Shown here one piece after another: positions 46,397 to 55,215 of a stretch of 64,000 nucleotides of DNA (its first letter is position 1; the number at the start of each line of letters is the position of its first letter). Position numbers and translations under genes: made by a program. The notes beneath the pieces are model-generated. The model had not been told where the DNA came from. It saw only the letters and a list, made by a program, of their open reading frames with translations, and ran no database searches. Origin of the DNA: Planctomycetota bacterium (GTDB lineage: Bacteria > Planctomycetota > UBA8108 > SXIK01); NCBI GenBank assembly GCA_965223845.1, contig CBDCXR010000004.1, positions 1,248,001 to 1,312,000 on the forward strand, written 5' to 3'.

Positions 46397-48913
46397 TCAG
46401 TGGTTGAACAGGAATTCCTTGGTATTGATCAGCGCCCAGAGAATGTCCTCGTAGGCCGCGGTCTTGTTCTCGGACGCGGTGATGTGTCCGACGGCGATCT
46501 CGAGTTCCTCGTCGACCGGAGGTCGCGCGTAGACCCAGTGATACAGCTCCCGGATGCGCTCGGCGTCCGATCGCTCTTTCTCCGCGGCGAGTTTGGCGAT
46601 GCGCCCGTCCTTCGCCGTGAGGAGCCCGTGGACTTCCTTCGAGTTGAGAAGGTGGAGGCTCTGAGCGAGGCTCGCGTCCTGCGATCGTTCGCACTCGCAG
46701 GAGCTCTCACCCTTCGGCTTGCCGAAGACCTTGAGAAAGTAGTTTTCGATTCCACTGTCGGGAAGCTGAATGGCGCGCGTGCCCTTCGGGAGGCCACCGA
46801 AGGTCGGCGTGACGCCGGCAACTTGATAGAGCGAATCGTACAGAGTCTCAGCGGTGAGCCGCTTCGGGTAGTACCGCGAGAAGTTCTGCTTGTCGGTGCC
46901 GTTGTGCTCGTTCGGAAGCGCGCTCAGTTGGTAGGCGCGCGAGCGCGTGATCGTGCGCACGAGCTCCTTCAAGTCGTAGCCGCTTGCGATGAACGAGCTC
47001 GCCAACGCGCTCAGAAGCTTCGGATGGGTAGCCGGGTTCGTCGCGCGAAGGTCGTCCTCGGGCTCGACGAGGCCGCGGCCGAAGAAGTGCTTCCAGTACC
47101 GATTGACGAGAGCCTTCGCGAAGAACGGATTGTCGGGCTGCGCCATCCAATCGGCGAGCGCGAGCCGCGGATCGTGGTCGGGCGAGAGATCGAGCGGATC
47201 GCCCCCGAGACCCGTCGGCTTCATCATTGCGCCGCTCCGCGGGTTCTTCGCTCCGGCGCGTCCGCGCTGGTGGAAGATGAACGGCTCCTGCGCGGCCTCG
47301 ATCCCGTTTTCGCCTTGCTTCTTCCCGACGCGCGAGAAGAACGCGAGGAAGCCGTAGTAGTCTCCCTGGCTCCACTTTTCGAACGGGTGATGATGGCAGC
47401 GCGCGCATTGAATGCGCAGTCCGAGGAAGAGCTGCGCCGCGTCTTCGGCCTGCTGCTCGCGGGAGCTCACGGCGCGGTACCACGTGACCGGAGGATGCTG
47501 TGACACATCGCCCGAGGCCGCGACGATCGCCCGCACGAACTCGTCGTAGGGGAGGTTCTGGTGAAGACTCGCGCGGATCCAGTCATGAAACGCGTACGTG
47601 GCGCGGGTGTGCTTCCCGTTCGTCTTGCGGTTGCGGAGGATCGCGGCCCACTTCCCCGCGAAGTGATCGGCGTAGTCATTGCTCGCGAGGAGGTGATCGA
47701 TCCAGCGGGCGCGGCGGTCGGGACGCTGGTCCGCGGCGAACGCACGGGCCTCTTCGGCCGTAGGGAGTCGACCGGCGATGTCGACCGTTGCCCGGCGGAC
47801 GAAAGTCGCATCGTCGGAGGGGCCCGACGGCGGGATCCCGAGCGTCTCCAGCTTCGCGAAGATATGCTCGTCGACGAGGTTCACCGGCTGCGGAAGCTCC
47901 CCGACCTCCGCGCCGAGCGGCACGCTAGCTCGAAAGACTCCGACGTGCCCCTGGAAGCGAATCATCACCGCCGCGTTGCCGGGGAGATCGAGCGTCTTCA
48001 CCCGTCCGGACGGCGACACTTCCGCCATCTCCGCGTTGTTCGACTCGAACTGCGCCATCGGCGTCACATCTTCGATCGATCCGTCGCTGTAGTGCGCGAA
48101 CACGGCGAGCTGCTGATCGCTGTCGCGCAGCATGGTCCGCTCGGACGGGTGCACCTCGATCTTCGTGACGCGCGGATCTTCCGTCGATCCGTAAGGAAGT
48201 CCTTGCCGCATCCACCGGTGAAGCATCCGGTATTCGTAGCTCTCGGAATCGAATCTCGCGCCGCCGCCGTGAGGGACGGCGCCGGTCGCCTTGAGAAGGA
48301 GCAGGCTCTGGTCGGGAGCGGCGGGAAACACGCGACGGCCGCGCGACTCCTTGACGAGGAACTCGTAGTCTTCGTTCGGGTAAAAGCCGAGGAGGGAGAG
48401 GCGAAACCCGTTCTGACCTCCGGACTTTCCGTGGCAGCCGCCCCCGTTGCAGCCGTGCTTGGTGAAGATCGGAACGACTTGCTCCGGGAAGTTCACCGGC
48501 TGCTCGGCACCGACACCGCGGATTTCGAGCGCGGTTTCCGCCTCCACGCGGGAGCCGTCCTTTCGCTCGAGCACTGCCGTCAGCTTGACCGAGCCGTCCA
48601 CCCGCGGAACCACGAGACCGCCGGCGTCGATTTCGACCGCGGTCGGGGGATCGGCGCGGAGCTCGACACGGGACGTCACGTCGAGAGTCTCTCCGCTCGG
48701 AGACGTCCCGGTGACGATGATCTGCCGGCGCGCGTCGGCGCCGCGGAGGAGCGAGTACTGAGACGCCTCGAACCGGAGCGCCTCGAGGCGTCCGAGGAGC
48801 GCGTCTCGCTCGACGTTGGGAGCGGGCTCCCCCAGGGCGGGCGGGAGCGCGAGAATCGCCAGGGTGAACCCCAGGCCGATCCGCCGGGCGATTCGCGAGG
48901 TGCGCGCGAGCAT
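46397..48913 (-). CDS. DUF1549/DUF1553 protein with Ig-like (Big_2) domains
   Basis: 'GCNGGGCHGKSGGQNGFRLSL', 'FVRRATVDIAGRLPT', 'CARCHHHPFEKW', 'VNRYWKHFFGRGLVEPEDD', 'CECER', 'EFLFNH'. AGGAG RBS before MLARTS. Confidence 0.95.
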   Translation of the reverse strand: MLARTSRIARRIGLGFTLAILALPPALGEPAPNVERDALLGRLEALRFEASQYSLLRGADARRQIIVTGTSPSGETLDVTSRVELRADPPTAVEIDAGGLVVPRVDGSVKLTAVLERKDGSRVEAETALEIRGVGAEQPVNFPEQVVPIFTKHGCNGGGCHGKSGGQNGFRLSLLGFYPNEDYEFLVKESRGRRVFPAAPDQSLLLLKATGAVPHGGGARFDSESYEYRMLHRWMRQGLPYGSTEDPRVTKIEVHPSERTMLRDSDQQLAVFAHYSDGSIEDVTPMAQFESNNAEMAEVSPSGRVKTLDLPGNAAVMIRFQGHVGVFRASVPLGAEVGELPQPVNLVDEHIFAKLETLGIPPSGPSDDATFVRRATVDIAGRLPTAEEARAFAADQRPDRRARWIDHLLASNDYADHFAGKWAAILRNRKTNGKHTRATYAFHDWIRASLHQNLPYDEFVRAIVAASGDVSQHPPVTWYRAVSSREQQAEDAAQLFLGLRIQCARCHHHPFEKWSQGDYYGFLAFFSRVGKKQGENGIEAAQEPFIFHQRGRAGAKNPRSGAMMKPTGLGGDPLDLSPDHDPRLALADWMAQPDNPFFAKALVNRYWKHFFGRGLVEPEDDLRATNPATHPKLLSALASSFIASGYDLKELVRTITRSRAYQLSALPNEHNGTDKQNFSRYYPKRLTAETLYDSLYQVAGVTPTFGGLPKGTRAIQLPDSGIENYFLKVFGKPKGESSCECERSQDASLAQSLHLLNSKEVHGLLTAKDGRIAKLAAEKERSDAERIRELYHWVYARPPVDEELEIAVGHITASENKTAAYEDILWALINTKEFLFNH

Positions 48914-49594
48914 GCTTCGGGTTCTCCTTCCTGCGTCCGCGTGGGCTCGGAGCGGCTCGGCGCCGCAAGAGCGGCTCCTAGAGCTCCGATTCACACGCTT
49001 CAACCGGGCGCGTCGGGAGATGACCTCACACTGCGGCCATCATTTCTCTTCCTCTTCTTCCTTTCCGACGGCCCTCTGCGCACCGGGATACACCGCCAGT
49101 AGACGGTCCCCGACCGGCTCTCACGAGGGACGGCGAAACGCGCCCGGGCGACGGCCATGGGACCGTCACGCCAAGAAGGAAGGTATCAGGGGCCGATCGT
49201 CCCGCGCAAGGAGATTGGGCCGGCGTCCGTCCTCGATTCCGGCGCGGAGAATGAGTCGCGAGGCGGTTCCGTCCCGTCGAACGTCCCTGGGGCGACGCGA
49301 TCGGGTCCGTCGCGGATGTCGCGTGGAACGAGCCGTGGGCGATCGGGGAACAACTCGCTAAACGGGCTTTACGTTGGACGCGCGCTCCGCCGCGGCCTCC
49401 CTTCGGCTAAGCTCTCGCGGCCGCGGAGATTAGGTGGCTCGGGGGCGTCCGCGGTGGCCGCGGAACATGGGTTGCTCGCGCGTCTGCGGAAGATCGATGG
49501 CGTGACGGCTCGCGGAGCCGTCCGTCACCGGGATGCCCGGGACCCAACGCGCCCGGCGATCCCGAGACGCAGAGAGTTCTTTGGGGGAAGGGTC

Positions 49595-52159
49595 ATGCGC
49601 AGTCCGATCTCGCGCCGGTTGACGGCGCTTCTCGTGGTCTCGCTCAGCGCGTCGTGGTTCGCCCGGGAGGTCGTGCCGGCGGAGTCCCCGGGACTTCCGC
49701 CGATCGTCTTCGTCCAGCGCGAGCTCGACTTGTCGGGGGCGAAGGTCGAGGACGTCGGCTCGCCGATCCATCGCGCGCGCTCCGGTCGTCTCATGTGGTT
49801 CTCGCCGGCGACGGGGATGCTGCGGCGGTTGGTGAGCAACGAGGGGGGCTCGCCCCGGATCCCCGTCGATGTGACGGATCCGGACGTCTCGTACGACGGG
49901 CAGCGAATCGTGTTCTCGGGGTTCGCTCCGCGCGAGAAGGCTTGGCGCCTATTTGAGATCGGCGTCGACGGGAACGGCCTTCGGCAAATTACGCGAAGTG
50001 ATCGAACGACGCAGACCGAGCGGTACGGCAACGCGAGCGCCGCCCTCAGCCGCTACGACGACCTCGATCCTTGCTACCTACCCGACGGCCGGATCTGTTT
50101 CGTCTCGACGCGGTATCCGGGCGTCGCGGATGACGTCCGCCGCCGGGCGACGAATCTCTACGTGGTCAACGCGGACGGAACCGACCTCCACCGCATCACC
50201 ACCGAACGTTTTGGCGCCGATACGCCGACGGTCGAGCCGTCGACGGGAAAGATCGTCTACTCGCGCTGGTGGCGCTCGATTCCGACCGGCGGCGCGCCGT
50301 CGTCTCCGGGCGAGGAGGCACTGCGCCCACCGCGTCCGCCGACCGTCGTGCCGGACGAAGGGGACGTCGACGCGGCGCTCTCGCCGAGTCCCGGCGGTCA
50401 CTACGGGCGCTCGAGCGATTCGTCTCGTGAGCCGGCGGCGGTTCGCGCCGAGGACCAGCCGATCTTCGGGCTTCCCGACGTCGACTTCGGCGGACTGAAT
50501 AGCTGGTTCCTCGCCGAGATCCGTCCCGATGGCGACGAGCTCGCGATGTACAGCGGCTTTCACCTCGACCGCGAGCTCACGCAGGCTTGGCGGCCGAGCT
50601 TTCGACGGGATGGCACCGCCCTCGCGCTCTTCATTCCCGAGTCGCCGCTCATGGGGCTTCCCGGCACGAAGGGACTGCGCGTTTTCCGGCCTGGACTAGG
50701 AGCACCGCTCGAGCTTGCGGGGCAGCAAACATTTGGCGATCCGACGCTCGATCCCCCCCGAATCCACTACGCGAGCGCGGTCGAGCTTCCGGACGAGCGA
50801 CTTCTCATCTCGGCGACCGTCGGCGCGACGCCTGCGGACACGAATCTCTACGTGCAGGATCCGAACACACTCGATCTCGCCCCCGTCTTCGGGACTTCGC
50901 GCTACAGCGAGCTCGACGCGGTCGTGGTCGAATCCCGACCCGTACCGCCGATCCTTCCCGACCAGCTCCTCGACCGACTCGAGGACGAAGCGCCGCTCAC
51001 GCTCGAGGAGGCGTACGAACGCGGTGGTTCATTCACGTTCGTCGTCGAGAACATCCACGCGAACGCGGCCGTAGACGTCGCGATGCCGAACGCGCCGCCG
51101 GTCGCGAAAGATCTCGAGATCGAGTTTTACATGGCGCCACAGCGAACCGGTCGCGCGCCCGATCTCCCGATCCTCGTCGGCCGCGAGGTGATCCCTCCGA
51201 GCGGGCGTGTCGAGGTGGAGCTGCCCGCCGGCGTTCCGCTCTTCGAAGCCGTCCGCTTCCCGACGGGCGAACTCGCGGTCGGACGCGACGGTCAGGTGTT
51301 CCACGTCGGCGGAATGAACTTCGGGCGTCGCGACACCGTCGCGCGTTGCGTCGGCTGTCACGCGGGCCACTCGCGGATGGCAGTTCCGGATGACTTCGAG
51401 TGGACGAATCTCGCCTCGAGTGCGCATGTCCGTGCGACCTCGAAGCGCGGAGAACTCGGGGGCGATCCCCCTGGCTTCCGCGAGCGGCAGCTCGTGGATC
51501 GATCGACCGCGGCGCACAGAGGCGAATGGATGGCGCGCGCTGGCCGTGATTCGGCCGAGATCTCGCTCCTCTGGCGTACTCCGCTGAACATTCGGGAGGT
51601 CGTTCTGCACGGGGTGAAACCGCACGGTGAATCTTCGCCGCCGCTTCAAATCGCGAACGCGACGCTCCGCCTTCGGCACCACGCCGATGGGACCACCGAG
51701 CTCGAGACCGGGCCGATCGTTCCGTCGGGAACGCGCATCGCCGTGGATCCGACTCTCGTCTACGATCGACTGGAGCTCGAGTTCCACGGGGATCAAATCT
51801 CCGGCAAGCATTTCGGACTGACCGGACCCGCGCTCGCCGAAATCGAGGTGGTCGCGAAACGCGCGTCGGTCATACCGCTCGGGACGTTCATCCGCGGCGA
51901 CGTCGATTGCAACGGCCGGATGAACCTCGGCGACTGCGTCGCGATCATCGATACCCTGTTTCGTGGAAAGAGGTCCTTCTGCTGCGAGGGCGCGGCGGAC
52001 GTCGACGCGGATCGATCGGTCAACATCTCGGATCTCGTCTACTCTCTCTCCTTCCTCTTCTCCGGAGGACCGCCTCCCGCGGCGCCGTTCCCCGCGTGCG
52101 CGCCCGCGGACGGGAGCGAAAGTGATCTTCCGTGCCGGAGTTCGTTCTGCGCGGAGTGA
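49595..52159 (+). CDS. HzsA-related exported protein: TolB/PD40 propeller + hydrazine-synthase-alpha-like middle domain + CxxCH + beta-sandwich + dockerin-like C-terminus
   Basis: Signal peptide; 'DPDVSYDGQRIVFSG', 'DDLDPCYLPDGRICFVSTR', 'NLYVVNADG', 'VELPAGVPLF', 'RCVGCHAGH'; C-terminal 'FIRGDVDCNG...AADVDAD.SVNISD...FLFSGGPPP'. Confidence 0.75.
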   Translation: MRSPISRRLTALLVVSLSASWFAREVVPAESPGLPPIVFVQRELDLSGAKVEDVGSPIHRARSGRLMWFSPATGMLRRLVSNEGGSPRIPVDVTDPDVSYDGQRIVFSGFAPREKAWRLFEIGVDGNGLRQITRSDRTTQTERYGNASAALSRYDDLDPCYLPDGRICFVSTRYPGVADDVRRRATNLYVVNADGTDLHRITTERFGADTPTVEPSTGKIVYSRWWRSIPTGGAPSSPGEEALRPPRPPTVVPDEGDVDAALSPSPGGHYGRSSDSSREPAAVRAEDQPIFGLPDVDFGGLNSWFLAEIRPDGDELAMYSGFHLDRELTQAWRPSFRRDGTALALFIPESPLMGLPGTKGLRVFRPGLGAPLELAGQQTFGDPTLDPPRIHYASAVELPDERLLISATVGATPADTNLYVQDPNTLDLAPVFGTSRYSELDAVVVESRPVPPILPDQLLDRLEDEAPLTLEEAYERGGSFTFVVENIHANAAVDVAMPNAPPVAKDLEIEFYMAPQRTGRAPDLPILVGREVIPPSGRVEVELPAGVPLFEAVRFPTGELAVGRDGQVFHVGGMNFGRRDTVARCVGCHAGHSRMAVPDDFEWTNLASSAHVRATSKRGELGGDPPGFRERQLVDRSTAAHRGEWMARAGRDSAEISLLWRTPLNIREVVLHGVKPHGESSPPLQIANATLRLRHHADGTTELETGPIVPSGTRIAVDPTLVYDRLELEFHGDQISGKHFGLTGPALAEIEVVAKRASVIPLGTFIRGDVDCNGRMNLGDCVAIIDTLFRGKRSFCCEGAADVDADRSVNISDLVYSLSFLFSGGPPPAAPFPACAPADGSESDLPCRSSFCAE

Positions 52160-52200
52160 GTCGCTCGCAGATACGAGGAATCCCACACACTTCTCTCTTG

Positions 52201-52236
52201 AACGCCCCAGGGAGCGACCCTCTCTGGGGCGTTTTC
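52201..52236 (+). terminator. Intrinsic terminator hairpin between convergent genes
   Basis: AACGCCCCAGGGAG-CGACC-CTCTCTGGGGCGTT followed by TT, 40 nt after the stop at 52159. Confidence 0.75.
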
Positions 52237-52280
52237 CGCTTCGGTCACGCGGGGACGGAAGAGAGACGGCGCGCGCCGCG

Positions 52281-53747
52281 CTATGCGAGGAGTGACTCGA
52301 CGAGCCTGCCGCCGACGTCGGTGAGGCGGAAATCTCGACCCTGGAAGCGATACGTGAGCTCAGTGTGGTCGAGTCCGAATAGGTGGAGCAGCGTCGCGTG
52401 GAAATCGTTCACGTGGACGCGGTCTTCGACGGCGTGCCAGCCGACGTCGTCCGTTCGACCGATCACCTGACCTCCCTTCACGCCGCCGCCGGCGAGCCAA
52501 ATGCTGAACGCATATGGGTGGTGGTCGCGTCCCGTGTTCGCCGCACGGCCGCCACGATTCTCTCCGAGGGGCGTCCGTCCGAACTCCGAGCCCCAGACGA
52601 CGAGAGTCTCGTCGAGGAGACCGCGCTGCTTGAGGTCGGCAAGGAGCGCTGCGATCGGCTGATCTGCCATGCCGCAATTGAACGTGAGCTCCTTGTCGAG
52701 GTTGCTGTGGTGATCCCACGAGGCGTGGTAGAGATTCACGTAGCGGACGCCACGTTCGACCAACCGCCGCGCGAGGAGACAGTTCGTCGCGAACGACGCG
52801 TACACGTTCTTTCCTCCCCCGCGTCCGGCCCCCGGGGGATCGCTGCGTCGCGTGCCGTAGAGATCGAGCGTCGCTTCGCTTTCGTCGCTGAGATCGATCA
52901 GCTCCGGTGCTGCTGCCTGCATGCGGAACGCGAGCTCGTAGGACGCGATACGGCTCTGGATCTCCGGGTCGTGCACCGACGAGTAGCGCTGTTCGTTCAG
53001 CGTGCGGAGCGTGTCGAGGCTGCGCCGCTGAAGAGGTGCGCTGAGACCCGGCGGATTCTCCAAGTGGAGGATCGGCTCGCCCTGGTTTCGGAGCAGCACT
53101 CCGGCGTACGTCGACGGCATGAAGCCGCTCGACCAATTCGACGCCCCGCCGCTCGCCCCGCGTCCGGCCGTGAGAACGACGTAACCCGGTAGGTCATCCG
53201 ACGGCGAGCCGAGCCCGTAGCCGAGCCACGAGCCGATGCTCGGGAGGCCGAACCGCGGGACTCCCGTGTTCATCATGAGCTGACCGGGATGGTGGTTGAA
53301 CGCCTCGGTGTGCATGGAGCGGACGAGCGCGATATCGTCGGCGTGGCGTCCGATCGCGGGCAGAAGATCGGAGAGCTCCATGCCGCACTCGCCGCGGCGC
53401 GAGAAGCGGCGCGGCGAGCCGAGGAGCGTTGCCGTCTTCTTCTCGATGAAGGCGAAGCGGACGTCCTTCGTGAGAGATTCCGGGAGCGGCTTTCCGTGGA
53501 GGGCGTTCAGCTTCGGCTTCGGGTCGAAGAGGTCGATCTGACTCGGGGCGCCCGCCATGAAAATAAAGATGCAGCGCTTGGCTCGGGGAGCGAAGTGAGC
53601 CGAACGCGCGGCGAGAGGATTCGAATCCGCGGCGCCGCGGGCTTCGCGCTGGAGAAGCGATGCGAGCGCGAGAGTTCCGATTCCGCTTCCCGCGCCGACG
53701 AGAAAATCGCGGCGGGTGCGCTGGACGAGCTCGGTGATCGGATCCAT
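52281..53747 (-). CDS. DUF1501 domain protein
   Basis: 'TRRDFL', 'FMAGAPSQIDLFDPKP', 'FNHHPGQ', 'LLARRLVERGVRYV', 'WDHH', 'EFGRTP', 'GRDHHP'. Confidence 0.95.
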   Translation of the reverse strand: MDPITELVQRTRRDFLVGAGSGIGTLALASLLQREARGAADSNPLAARSAHFAPRAKRCIFIFMAGAPSQIDLFDPKPKLNALHGKPLPESLTKDVRFAFIEKKTATLLGSPRRFSRRGECGMELSDLLPAIGRHADDIALVRSMHTEAFNHHPGQLMMNTGVPRFGLPSIGSWLGYGLGSPSDDLPGYVVLTAGRGASGGASNWSSGFMPSTYAGVLLRNQGEPILHLENPPGLSAPLQRRSLDTLRTLNEQRYSSVHDPEIQSRIASYELAFRMQAAAPELIDLSDESEATLDLYGTRRSDPPGAGRGGGKNVYASFATNCLLARRLVERGVRYVNLYHASWDHHSNLDKELTFNCGMADQPIAALLADLKQRGLLDETLVVWGSEFGRTPLGENRGGRAANTGRDHHPYAFSIWLAGGGVKGGQVIGRTDDVGWHAVEDRVHVNDFHATLLHLFGLDHTELTYRFQGRDFRLTDVGGRLVESLLA

Positions 53748-53860
53748 GCTGTCCTCGACGAGGGCGGAGACTCGCGCGAGTCGTTCTCTCCGACTCACGC
53801 TTCCATGATACGCACGGGGCGTTCCGCGGTGCCAGCGTGCGCCGCCCGGCCGAACGGGCT

Positions 53861-54607
53861 TCAGCCGGAGTTCGCCGCCGCGACGTACGCCCGGACTCGC
53901 TCGACGTCCGTGAGCTTCATTTCGTATTCGGATGAATCTCCGCCGCCCATCGCGCAGCTCGGGTTGCGAAACTCCATTCGGCTCGGGACGACGCTCCCCG
54001 CCGAAAAATGGGCCTCCGTGGCCCGGGTTTCATCGAGCACTCGGCGGATATTGTGCTCCCGAATCCCGCAGCCGGGCATCACGGCTATGCGGCCCGCGGC
54101 CGTCTCGACGAGGCGGCGGATCAGAGGCGCGCCTTCGGGGGCGGTCGGCTTCTGGCCGGACGTGAGGATCCGATCGATGCCGAGCTCGATCAACGTCTCG
54201 AGAGCCTCGAACGGATCGCGGCTCATGTCGAAAGCTCGGTGAAATGTGACTTCCAAAGGTCGCGCGAGCTCCACCAGGCGGGCGGTACGATCGCGGTCGA
54301 CCGCTCCGTCTCCCGAGAGGAGGCCGAAAACGACACCGCGAGCGCCGAGGTCGTGGGCCGAAGCGACATCGCGCTGCATGACGTCGAACTCGAGATCGGA
54401 GTAGAGAAAATCGCCGCCGCGCGGGCGGACCATCACCATGACGTCGATGCCGCCCGCGTCGAGCGCGGCGGCGATCGTGCCGAGGCTCGGCGTCGTTCCG
54501 CCATCGGCGAGGTTATCGCAGAGCTCGACGCGATCCGCGCCGCCATCGCGAGCCGCGACGACACCCGAGATCGATTCGATGCAAACTTCGAGGACAGGGC
54601 GGGCCAT
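53861..54607 (-). CDS. cutC: Copper homeostasis protein CutC
   Basis: 'LEVCIES', 'GADRVELC', 'GGTTPS', 'MVRPRGGDFLYS', 'TFHRAFD', 'RILTSG'. Confidence 0.95.
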   Translation of the reverse strand: MARPVLEVCIESISGVVAARDGGADRVELCDNLADGGTTPSLGTIAAALDAGGIDVMVMVRPRGGDFLYSDLEFDVMQRDVASAHDLGARGVVFGLLSGDGAVDRDRTARLVELARPLEVTFHRAFDMSRDPFEALETLIELGIDRILTSGQKPTAPEGAPLIRRLVETAAGRIAVMPGCGIREHNIRRVLDETRATEAHFSAGSVVPSRMEFRNPSCAMGGGDSSEYEMKLTDVERVRAYVAAANSG

Positions 54608-54766
54608 CGGCGTGCGTCGGCCTCCAGGAAACGGAACGAAACTCACGCCGGCGGACGGATTCGGCGATGGGTTCACAGCCGAACCGAAACGTGGTTCGAT
54701 GTCGAGCGTCATTCACCGGGCGAGCCGAGGGGAACCCGCAAGCGAATTGGTGGAGGTGGAGACCAT

Positions 54767-55162
54767 ATGGCAACCGTGACGATTTGCGATGAAACGACTA
54801 CCGGCGAGCGAATGAGCGAATTCACTCTCGATCTTCTCGAGGAGACGCTCAGTGTCGAGGAGCTGATCCGGAGCCGGGTTTATCAAGAAGTGAAGGACTA
54901 CAACACGTCCCGCCCCGAGCTTTACCGCGGCCTTGTCGAGCCGCGCGGGGCGGAGCGAGTCCTCGGGGGTGGCGCGCGACTCGACCGCGCGAGAAACCTC
55001 GATTGGCGCGAGCAGTTCGAGGCTGCCGTGAGAGGCTTCGAGCGAGGTCGTATCCTCGTCCTCGTCGACGACCGCCAAGTGGAAGGTCTCGACGACGCGG
55101 TCGTCATCGGGACGGGCACTCGGGTCACGTTTCTCAAGCTGGTACCGCTCGTCGGAGGCTGA
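54767..55162 (+). CDS. Ubiquitin-like (MoaD/ThiS-type beta-grasp) protein with helical insertion and free C-terminal Gly-Gly
   Basis: GGAGGT RBS; 131 aa. N-terminal strand-strand-helix ('TVTICDE..EFTLDL..TLSVEELI'); C-terminal 'ILVLVDDRQVEGLDDAVVI..GTRVTFLKLVPLVGG*'. Confidence 0.8.
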   Translation: MATVTICDETTTGERMSEFTLDLLEETLSVEELIRSRVYQEVKDYNTSRPELYRGLVEPRGAERVLGGGARLDRARNLDWREQFEAAVRGFERGRILVLVDDRQVEGLDDAVVIGTGTRVTFLKLVPLVGG

Positions 55163-55215
55163 GTGCGCTCCCGATTCGGTGCGTTTCTCGGGCGAGGTCG
55201 AGGGAGCGAGCCCCG

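Noticed and set aside
48914-49594. ~680-bp divergent intergenic region as a hidden gene or ncRNA
   Set aside because: No convincing ORF, repeat array or recognisable RNA motif by eye. Probably regulatory; an Rfam scan would be needed to exclude an ncRNA.
49595-52159. Anammox capability inferred from the HzsA-like gene
   Set aside because: No hzsB/hzsC or hao/hdh genes nearby, only one CxxCH motif, and HzsA-related proteins are widespread in non-anammox bacteria.
53818-53836. TGGCAC on the minus strand upstream of DUF1501 as a sigma-54 promoter
   Set aside because: No GC at the GG-N10-GC position and no TTGC.
54008-54766. 253-aa N-terminal extension of the Ubl ORF in the track (384 aa)
   Set aside because: It is mostly antisense to cutC. 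A strong GGAGGT RBS precedes ATG 54767.
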